A stretch of 64,000 bases of DNA from an uncultured Eubacteriales bacterium (GTDB lineage: Bacteria > Bacillota > Clostridia > Christensenellales > CAG-138), in assembly GCA_900545265.1 (NCBI GenBank), contig UQYI01000003.1, positions 8,932 to 72,931 of the forward strand, read 5' to 3'. How positions within the stretch are numbered: the first letter of the stretch is position 1; each line of letters starts with the position of its first letter. Under the pieces are notes generated by a model, which ran no database searches, was not told where the DNA came from, and worked only from the letters and a program-made list of their open reading frames with translations. A program made the position numbers and the translations under genes. Positions 57,325-64,000 of the stretch are shown one piece after another.

Positions 57325-58182
57325 TTACCGTTTATAGCCGATATCTTTATAAAAGTGCTGATAATCCTTGTCCCCTTTAAAGTCTCCGCCCCAGACCCAG
57401 CCGTGCGCATGAAAGACCTTATAGGCATAATCCCCATGGGTGATCATGTGGGGCCGCACATCCTTGCGGTCCAGATAAGCTCTCCCTGCTTCCGGAGAAA
57501 CGTGGCTGCCGTTGATATAGGGATTTTCCACAGGATTGATATCTATAGCAGCGCCAAAGCTGTGCCAGCTGAGCTTTTTACTGTCGTTGACCTTTCGATA
57601 GCAAAAGGAGGAAGTGTTGTTATCCTCCATAGACAGGGTATCCTGTCCGGGCTGGCCGTAATCGTCCACCAGTCGCACGGAAGCCAGTGGATAAGCCTCA
57701 GTATAAAGCTGATAAAAGATCTCCATGACCTCCGCTGCCACTTTTTTGTGCACCATCAGCTCTCCGATCCGCTCCTGTCCTTCGTAATCCACATATATGA
57801 GCCCCACATACCGCAAGTCCTCATAACTCACCCGGCAGCTTTCCCCTTCCGCCGGATAACTGAGTCCGGTGATCCGCTCCTTCAGTGCCTGCGTCAGCTC
57901 CGCATAATAGAACCGCGGATCCTCCTCCAGCACCACTTTTTCCACACATGCAAAGGGATCCGGCGTAGGCGTGGGGCTGGGCGTGAGAGTAGGCGCAGGG
58001 CTGGACGTAAACAAAGGCGTAGCCGTAGGCGCAAAGGACGCCTTCACTTCCGCCTGCCGTTCCTCCACGGCCGCAGGGGTCTGAACCGGCAGAGCGGTCG
58101 CCTGCAAAAAAGGCTCCGCTGCCTTTTGTTTGCAGCCTGCCAGCAGAAACAGCAGACACAGAGCAAAAACAAATCTTTTCAT
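57325..58182 (-). CDS. M15 family (VanY-like) D-Ala-D-Ala carboxypeptidase lipoprotein
   Basis: Start at MKRFVFALCLLFLLAGC (lipobox); the ORF track extends to 58239. Zinc motifs present: SWHSFGAAIDINP and GGDFKGDKDYQHF. Confidence 0.8.
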   Translation of the reverse strand: MKRFVFALCLLFLLAGCKQKAAEPFLQATALPVQTPAAVEERQAEVKASFAPTATPLFTSSPAPTLTPSPTPTPDPFACVEKVVLEEDPRFYYAELTQALKERITGLSYPAEGESCRVSYEDLRYVGLIYVDYEGQERIGELMVHKKVAAEVMEIFYQLYTEAYPLASVRLVDDYGQPGQDTLSMEDNNTSSFCYRKVNDSKKLSWHSFGAAIDINPVENPYINGSHVSPEAGRAYLDRKDVRPHMITHGDYAYKVFHAHGWVWGGDFKGDKDYQHFYKDIGYKR

Positions 58183-58311
58183 GCCCATATTATATAGGCA
58201 TACCGCCTCCTTCGCAAGGCCTTCGCCCGCGGTTCCCATCTAAAATGGAGTATCTGCGCAAAGGAGCTTCCCACCCTTGCCTGGCAGGAAGCTCCTTTCG
58301 TCTGATTCTTT

Positions 58312-58434
58312 TTACTGCTCTTCTACCAGCAGACGCTGTTTCTGCTGTTCATACTCCTCGTCAGAAATGGCTCCCTTTTCTCTCAGCGCCATCAGCTTGG
58401 CCAGCTTGTCTGCCGAAGATCCTTTCGGACTCAT
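58312..58434 (-). CDS. 40-aa SHOCT-domain peptide
   Basis: MSPKGSSADKLAKLMALREKGAISDEEYEQQKQRLLVEEQ. Its ATG overlaps the TGA of the upstream membrane ORF (ATGA). It is too short for the ORF track. Confidence 0.5.
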   Translation of the reverse strand: MSPKGSSADKLAKLMALREKGAISDEEYEQQKQRLLVEEQ

Positions 58435-58634
58435 CCATGTTTTTTCAATGGTTCCGCTTTATACTTCTGGAAGCCAAAGCCTGCCAGCAGGATAGCGGCC
58501 ATTACGACAATCATTGGCCATGAATGCTGCCAGAATTCTCCCATATTATTCCAGCCAAGTTCTTGTACCCACAATACTGCGTCATGAATAACGGGCATTA
58601 TTCTGCATATAGCTGCCCCTATGCCAAAATACAT
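58431..58634 (-). CDS. Small membrane protein
   Basis: 67-aa hydrophobic ORF in the AT-rich islet. Confidence 0.4.
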   Translation of the reverse strand: MYFGIGAAICRIMPVIHDAVLWVQELGWNNMGEFWQHSWPMIVVMAAILLAGFGFQKYKAEPLKKHG

Positions 58635-58978
58635 GGCTTGTCTCTTAACAGCATAAGCACTATCATCAATGAAAAAGAAGCAATATGTGGAAGAAAGTCA
58701 TAACCGTCTGTAATTTTATATCTGATAGGATACATCAATGTATACAATATGCCGATAACCGCTCCCGTTATGCCCAATGCCGAGATTTCCATCAGGATGC
58801 CCAGCCCCAGGAGCACCCATATCAAGGCATGTAGAACCGACTGGGGATCTAAATCAGGTAACACATTGAGTATACTGATAAGCATGCCCAAGAACAGGAA
58901 TAATCCTCCGCTCAGCAAACGGAGCATTCTCTGCTGTTTCTCTTTATTCATATCCACCCTCACATTCTGTTCAGGCAC
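58619..58978 (-). CDS. Membrane protein (about 4 TM)
   Basis: 119-aa hydrophobic ORF overlapping its neighbours by 16-19 nt. Confidence 0.45.
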   Translation of the reverse strand: MPEQNVRVDMNKEKQQRMLRLLSGGLFLFLGMLISILNVLPDLDPQSVLHALIWVLLGLGILMEISALGITGAVIGILYTLMYPIRYKITDGYDFLPHIASFSLMIVLMLLRDKPCILA

Positions 58979-59289
58979 TGGGTCTTCAACTTCTCATACT
59001 CCTCATCTGTGACGGCGCCCTTTTCGTGCAGTTTTTGGAGCTTATCCAGATCGTCATAAGCATCGGCAGCTGCCGCTTTCTTTCCCGTATCATCTTCATA
59101 AGAGGAACCGTCTGCGGGCAAAAGTTTTCCTGTAGCAATAAACACGATATCTATAATATACAAAACGCCGAAGCAGCCCCCTGTGAACAGCTTCAAAATG
59201 CCTATGCCCGTGTATCCCAAATAGAATCGGTCTATGCCCAGCCCGTCCAGCAATATGGAAAAAATCAAAGTCGTAGTCTTATTCTTCAT
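58960..59289 (-). CDS. TM2-domain membrane protein with a C-terminal SHOCT domain
   Basis: Start at MKNKTTTLIFSILLDGLGIDRFYLGYTGIGILKLFT (the TM2 pattern), with an AAGGAGG SD. The tail LDKLQKLHEKGAVTDEEYEKLK is a SHOCT domain. Confidence 0.65.
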   Translation of the reverse strand: MKNKTTTLIFSILLDGLGIDRFYLGYTGIGILKLFTGGCFGVLYIIDIVFIATGKLLPADGSSYEDDTGKKAAAADAYDDLDKLQKLHEKGAVTDEEYEKLKTQCLNRM

Positions 59290-59488
59290 GTCTTTTGTCC
59301 TCCTTTTTTGATTCAAGTTTCTGCGCATTTACCGAGATCCACCAGAGAGCTCCTTTTTATTGAGCCCCCACTATCTTTCCTTCCTGACATCATTTTGATG
59401 CCTGCATTGAAGTACTTCTCCTCCGTTCCGTCATGCCTGCGGTACCCACATACTCTTATTCCGTCATTTCTGTTCCCTTTCCACGGTA

Positions 59489-59532
59489 TTAACCGATATT
59501 GGTTAATATGTGTATATACCGAATTCGGTTAT
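59489..59532. promoter_or_regulatory. Two adjacent palindromic operator candidates upstream of the XRE regulator
   Basis: TTAACCGATATTGGTTAA (59489-59506) and ATACCGAATTCGGTTAT (59516-59532). They share ACCGA / TCGGT half-sites. Confidence 0.5.
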
Positions 59533-59557
59533 CATTCAAGAGGAAAGGAGGAATTTT

Positions 59558-59788
59558 ATGATCTCTTACGACAGATTATGGCAGCAAATGCGAAAGAAGG
59601 GGGTGACTCAGTACGCACTGATTCGCCGTTACGGCATCAGCCCCGCCCAAATTACCCGGCTCAAGCGCAATGAAAGCGTCAGCACCCACACCATTGATAT
59701 GTTCTGCACCATATTGAATTGCCGGGTAGAGGATATCATGGAACACATACAAGATGTATCCCCTCAAGAAGAGAACGAAAAGAAATAG
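59558..59788 (+). CDS. XRE/Cro-type helix-turn-helix regulator
   Basis: Start at MISYDRLWQQMRKKGVTQYALIRRYGISPAQITRLKRNESVSTHTIDMFCTILNCRVEDIMEH (AAAGGAGG SD). Confidence 0.8.
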   Translation: MISYDRLWQQMRKKGVTQYALIRRYGISPAQITRLKRNESVSTHTIDMFCTILNCRVEDIMEHIQDVSPQEENEKK

Positions 59789-59790
59789 GG

Positions 59791-59820
59791 CTGCCATAAA
59801 GCCATGGCAGTCCATTTTTA
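59791..59820 (+). terminator. Terminator after the XRE gene
   Basis: CUGCCAU-AAAGCC-AUGGCAG followed by UCCAUUUUUA. Confidence 0.6.
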
Positions 59821-59825
59821 TGCAC

Positions 59826-61484
59826 TTAACCCAGGAAGGGATCCCCCTGATAGGGCGGCGCCGTATCGGCAGGAATATCCGAGGGTGCCGGTGTGGTATC
59901 CGGTGCCTGGGTCTGGGGTTCGGGGGTAGCCATCTCCGGTGTGGCGCCCGCCAGAATATCCGGCGAAGCGGTGGGCACCGTATACCCCAGCTCATGGGGA
60001 GAAATGGTCACGCCGTTTTTGCTGTACAGATAGATGGTCACATTATCCGCTCCCTTGTTTTTAAAGGCGGCGGCTTTGTTCATAAGGGTCCCCCAGTTGT
60101 TTTTCAGCCGGGTGAATTTGGTGGCCAGTTCCTTGGCGCTGCCCACTTCTATGCGATAACCTTCCTCAGTATACAGGCTGATGCCCATGGTTTCCCGCAG
60201 GTCTGCCCTGGCTATTTTGGAAAGAAGCCCGTATTCTTCCAGTCCGTTCAGGATATCCAGCATACTCTGAACCTGTTCGTCTGCCTCCTCGCCGATCTTG
60301 GCGCCCGCCAGAATGCGGGTGACGATCATCCCTTCCACCAGCGGAAGACCCCGTCGGGAATCGGCGTCGCTTTCCAGAATGGTGCCTTCTCCATCTACAA
60401 TGGCCAGATATTCCATGTTGGGCCCCCACTGAACCGCGCCCAAGGGCTTACGCTCCTTAATGGTAATGGCAATGCGGTTAGGGAACACATAGCGCACCGT
60501 TGCATTCAAATAGGGATCCGCTTCCAGGTTCTCCCGAGCCTTGTCCAGATTTTGAGAAAGGATATGCCGTTTGGCTTTCAGACCGGACATGGTAACGATC
60601 TCCTGGGCTGTATACCGGGTCAGGGTGCCGTTTACATCAATGCTCTGTATGCGGAAGGACAGATACGCCGCCGCAAGTACCAGCAGCACCAGCCCGCTGA
60701 GCACCCCCAGAACGCTGAGCCTGCGTTTCAACTCTGCTTCCCGCTGCTTTTTGCGCCGGGCCTGCTGCATTCGCTGCTGCTTCTGACGGATCTCTTCCCG
60801 TTCCTGGGCTCGCTGGCGAGCCTCTTCCTGCTCCCGGGCGGCTTCCGTCTCGTTCGTTATAACGGTGGTGGAGGCTTTTCTGGCGTTTTTCCTTCGTCCG
60901 TATTCATCCTTGCGCCGTTTCTGGGGCCTGTCCCCTGTACGGCGGCCATAGCGGTCGAAGGAGAAGGTTTCCCGGCTGCCGTCTGCTGTGGCTTCCGGCA
61001 CGGCAGCGTCCTGTTCCGCTGGGGGCGCTTCCTGCTCTTTACGAGCAGCTGCCTTTGCCGGATCTCGGGTATAAAAGTTCTCCCGGGTATAAGCAGCCGT
61101 CTCCTCCGCTTCCTCTTTTTCCGAAGAAGCGGCGGCAGGTCTGTCCGTTTCGACCGCAGGACCAAAGATAAAGGGCTGCCCCGGTTGCCGGCCGGTGCGC
61201 AGAGGCGCTTCCTTCTGCGAGTGGGCATACGTCTCCGGGCGGCGGAAGTCCTCCTCTGTCCAGGGCGTATACTCCCGCTCTTCCCCACAGGCAGCCTTGG
61301 GAGCGGCTTTTTTAGTCTTCTTCTGTTTTTTATTCTGTTTAAAGAGAGAAAAACCAGATCGAGCCTTCTTCTCCTGCGGAAACAGATCCTCCGTCTCCTC
61401 AAAATCTTCAGAAGAAAGCTCTTCTTCCTCTGCAAAGAGGTCGATATACCCGGTATCCTGCTTATTTTTGCCTGCTTTGGCCAT
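59826..61484 (-). CDS. ftsQ: Cell division protein FtsQ/DivIB with a long charged N-terminal extension
   Basis: 552-aa ORF. It has a ~255-aa Lys/Glu/Arg-rich low-complexity cytoplasmic region, one TM helix (VLGVLSGLVLLVLAAAYL), a POTRA domain (IQSIDVNGTLTRYTAQEIVTMSGL...) and a Pro-rich tail. Confidence 0.8.
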   Translation of the reverse strand: MAKAGKNKQDTGYIDLFAEEEELSSEDFEETEDLFPQEKKARSGFSLFKQNKKQKKTKKAAPKAACGEEREYTPWTEEDFRRPETYAHSQKEAPLRTGRQPGQPFIFGPAVETDRPAAASSEKEEAEETAAYTRENFYTRDPAKAAARKEQEAPPAEQDAAVPEATADGSRETFSFDRYGRRTGDRPQKRRKDEYGRRKNARKASTTVITNETEAAREQEEARQRAQEREEIRQKQQRMQQARRKKQREAELKRRLSVLGVLSGLVLLVLAAAYLSFRIQSIDVNGTLTRYTAQEIVTMSGLKAKRHILSQNLDKARENLEADPYLNATVRYVFPNRIAITIKERKPLGAVQWGPNMEYLAIVDGEGTILESDADSRRGLPLVEGMIVTRILAGAKIGEEADEQVQSMLDILNGLEEYGLLSKIARADLRETMGISLYTEEGYRIEVGSAKELATKFTRLKNNWGTLMNKAAAFKNKGADNVTIYLYSKNGVTISPHELGYTVPTASPDILAGATPEMATPEPQTQAPDTTPAPSDIPADTAPPYQGDPFLG

Positions 61485-61495
61485 GCTTGCTCTCC

Positions 61496-62764
61496 TTATA
61501 CATTTGCTTCCGGCGGCTCCCGGGTGACTCTGCCGCCCAGAGCGCTGAGGGCTTCCTCCAAGCGCACATAACCCCGGTCGATGCGCTGGGCGCCTTCAAT
61601 GCGGGTCATCCCCTCCGCCCGCAGCCCCGCCAACACCAAGGCAGCGCCTCCCCGCAGATCATGAGCGGTAAGATCGGCGCCATGCAGGGACTTTACCCCC
61701 CGTATCACCGCCATATCTCCCCGGATATGGCACAGCGCCCCCATTTTTTGCAGTTCCTCCCCGTGAACAAAGCGGTTCTCAAACACATTTTCCACGATCA
61801 GGCTGGTACCCCGAGCCACGGTGCACAGGGCAAAAAACTGACTTTGCAGATCCGTGGGAAAGCCGGGGTAGGGCCTGGTTTCTATTTTCTTCAATTCCCT
61901 CGGCCGCTTGGGTCCCTTGAGATAGACGCCCATCCTTTCCTCCCGGATAAGGCAGCCCGCTTCTCTCAGCTTGTTCAGGGGAGCCGTAAGCTCCTTTACA
62001 GGGGCATTCCGCACAAAGATCTCTCCGCCGGTGATAGCCCCTGCCGCCAAATAGGTCCCTGCCACAATGCGGTCTGCCGGGATCTCATAGCGTATGCTCC
62101 GGCCCTCACCCCCGCCCCGGATGGTGATCTGCGGTGTACCAGCTCCCGTGACGGAAAACCCGCCCCGGTTCAAAAATTCACACAGGGTCACGATCTCTGG
62201 TTCACAGGCTCCGTTAATGATTCGGGTAACGCCCTGAGCGATACAGGCGGCCATGATCAGATTTTCCGTAGCGCCTACGGAGGGGTAATCCAGCTGAATA
62301 TCCGTCCCCTTAAGACCTGCGGTGCGGCAATATATGCGCCCTTCCCGTTCCTCTATCTCTGCCCCCAGGAGCCGGAGCCCCTGCAGGTGCAGATCGATAG
62401 GCCTGCGGCCGATGTCGCATCCTCCGGGATAAACGGCTGCCGCCTCATGAAAACGGCTCAGCAGCGGTCCCAGCAAAAACAGAGAGGAACGGAGCCTGCG
62501 GGTGATATCCGTCCGCAGCTCCGTGCAGGTAATGCCACGGGGATCCACTTCCACCCGATCCCCCTGCTGCCGGATGCGGCAGCCCAGCTCTTCCAAAAGA
62601 GCCAGCATATGCCTGACGTCTGCCAGTTCCGGGCAATTCGTCAGTTCCACCGGCTCTGGGAAAAGAACCGTAGCCGCCAAAATAGGCAGCGCAGCGTTTT
62701 TGGATCCGTGTACGGCTATCTCCCCCCGCAGGGGGATCCCCCCCACAATCTTCAGCTTCGACAT
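61496..62764 (-). CDS. murA: UDP-N-acetylglucosamine 1-carboxyvinyltransferase
   Basis: 422-aa ORF MSKLKIVGGIPLRGEIAVHGSKNAALPILAATVL... with active-site region PGGCDIGRRPIDLHL. Confidence 0.95.
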   Translation of the reverse strand: MSKLKIVGGIPLRGEIAVHGSKNAALPILAATVLFPEPVELTNCPELADVRHMLALLEELGCRIRQQGDRVEVDPRGITCTELRTDITRRLRSSLFLLGPLLSRFHEAAAVYPGGCDIGRRPIDLHLQGLRLLGAEIEEREGRIYCRTAGLKGTDIQLDYPSVGATENLIMAACIAQGVTRIINGACEPEIVTLCEFLNRGGFSVTGAGTPQITIRGGGEGRSIRYEIPADRIVAGTYLAAGAITGGEIFVRNAPVKELTAPLNKLREAGCLIREERMGVYLKGPKRPRELKKIETRPYPGFPTDLQSQFFALCTVARGTSLIVENVFENRFVHGEELQKMGALCHIRGDMAVIRGVKSLHGADLTAHDLRGGAALVLAGLRAEGMTRIEGAQRIDRGYVRLEEALSALGGRVTREPPEANV

Positions 62765-62842
62765 GTTCTTCTCCTCTCCCCGGCATACCCCATTTTATGC
62801 GGATACCAGGAAAAGAAGTGACAACCGGGCAAAGAAGGCCCC

Positions 62843-63985
62843 TTAAATAGTTTGTGCCTCCCGGGAGATATTCAGCAATATCCCCATGGCGCCCATAAAA
62901 ATGATCAGAGATGTACCCCCGGCGGATATAAAGGGCAAAGGCTGCCCCGTAGTAGGCGCAAGCCCCGTAACCACAGCGATGTTAATGAACACCTGCATGC
63001 CGAAAACGATGGAAATACCGGCAGCCAGCAGACTGCCGAACTTATTGGGACACATGAGACTGATGCGCATCCCCCGGTATACGATCCATGTATACAGCAG
63101 GATCAGCACAATACCCCCTACGATGCCGAACTCCTCGCAGAGAATGGCGAAGATAAAATCCGATTCCCCGTAGGTCATATACAAAAGCTTCTGGTAGCTG
63201 TTGCCCAGCCCTTTGCCGAACCAGCCCCCGGAGCCGATGGCATACAGAGCCTGGATCAGCTGATACCCTGAGCCCTGAGGATCCTTCCAGGGATCCCGGA
63301 AAGAAGTGATACGGGCCAGACGATACGGCTGCGCTACAGCCAGAATCACAAACAGCACAGCGCCCGCTATGGCCAGCCCCAGGAAGTAGCGCACATCGAT
63401 CCCGCCCAGATACAGCAGAATACCGCCTATACCGGCCACGATAACTGCCATTGACATATTGGGCTGCAGCATGATCAGGCCGCAGACCATACCCATGACC
63501 AGCAGCATAGGCGCCAGCCCCTTGGTAAAGGAGCGCATCTCTCCCCGATGCCGGGACATATACCCGCACATATAGAAGATCAGACCGAACTTTGCCACCT
63601 CTGAAGGCTGAACAGAAACACCTGCCAGCTCCAGCCAACGCTTGCCGCCGTTCAGCTCCTTTCCGAAAGCCAGCACCGCCACCAGCAGACCCAGAGAAAT
63701 CACCAGTGCCGCTCCGCCCAGATTCTGGATATAGCGGTAATTGACCTTGGAAAGCACCAGCATCAGGGGATAGGCCAGCGCCATATAGGCCATCTGCCGC
63801 TTGAGATAGTAATACCCGTCGTAGTTGCAGCCCTTCGTGTGCAGGGCATAATAGTAGCTGGCGGAAAACACCATCACCAGGCCGAAGGCGCAGAGCACCG
63901 TCACCACCAGCAGGATGGAAAAATCCAGAGACCCCTCCTGCTTTTTATACAGTATTCGGTTTTTTCTTTCTTTTTTCTGCTCCAT
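62843..63985 (-). CDS. SEDS family protein (FtsW/RodA/SpoVE)
   Basis: 380-aa, 10-TM ORF. ...GGKRWLELAGVSVQPSEVAKF... and ...GLAPTTGQPLPFISAGGTSL are SEDS signatures. It sits in a dcw-cluster context. Confidence 0.9.
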   Translation of the reverse strand: MEQKKERKNRILYKKQEGSLDFSILLVVTVLCAFGLVMVFSASYYYALHTKGCNYDGYYYLKRQMAYMALAYPLMLVLSKVNYRYIQNLGGAALVISLGLLVAVLAFGKELNGGKRWLELAGVSVQPSEVAKFGLIFYMCGYMSRHRGEMRSFTKGLAPMLLVMGMVCGLIMLQPNMSMAVIVAGIGGILLYLGGIDVRYFLGLAIAGAVLFVILAVAQPYRLARITSFRDPWKDPQGSGYQLIQALYAIGSGGWFGKGLGNSYQKLLYMTYGESDFIFAILCEEFGIVGGIVLILLYTWIVYRGMRISLMCPNKFGSLLAAGISIVFGMQVFINIAVVTGLAPTTGQPLPFISAGGTSLIIFMGAMGILLNISREAQTI

Positions 63986-64000
63986 GACCTTTCTTTCTTT

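Noticed and set aside
58425-58450. An A6 run (GAAAAAAC) just upstream of the SHOCT-coding frame, considered as a slippery frameshift site fusing the 67-aa membrane ORF to the SHOCT domain.
   Set aside because: The SHOCT frame has its own ATG, which overlaps the upstream TGA in a classic ATGA coupling arrangement. No frameshift is needed to explain expression.

Overview
High-GC (~58-60%) chromosomal segment from a spore-forming member of the Clostridia. Gene content and codon usage look like an Oscillospiraceae/Ruminococcaceae-type gut anaerobe, but this cannot be verified without a search. All calls come from reading the supplied translations and the DNA by eye; no homology search or folding program was run. 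Most of the window is housekeeping. It starts with a sporulation block (sigE, truncated at the window edge, spoIIGA, spoIIE). This is followed by a long-type SRP RNA, upp-rpiB-tsaC-prfA-prmC, scpA/scpB, nucleoside and purine salvage genes (deoB, and a guanine-class purine riboswitch in front of a guanine deaminase), several TetR/MarR-linked efflux modules, azlCD, an ECF sigma/anti-sigma pair, and part of a division/cell-wall cluster (ftsQ-murA-ftsW/spoVE). Observations that go beyond routine annotation: (1) A betaine/glycine-reductase-type module in which every part is broken. The BCCT transporter has a TAA at codon 2 plus a frameshift. The selenoprotein-B-type gene keeps its in-frame UGA and a downstream hairpin but is frameshifted. 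The GrdE/GrdI-type proprotein gene is split into N- and C-terminal remnants 7.2 kb apart, and the N-terminal remnant is fused to a 5'-truncated MFS gene. (2) A tandem, translationally coupled pair of Spo0A-effector-domain genes, one with an intact receiver and one with a degenerate receiver. (3) An ~80-bp intergenic repeat present three times, built from an outer stem enclosing three perfect hairpins; stems are conserved while loops and stem lengths vary. (4) A TetR-gated six-gene operon of poorly characterised reductase-fold proteins, with a palindromic operator. (5) An S11 penicillin-binding/DD-carboxypeptidase homologue that has lost all three catalytic motifs. No CRISPR array, rRNA, tRNA, transposase or integrase was seen.
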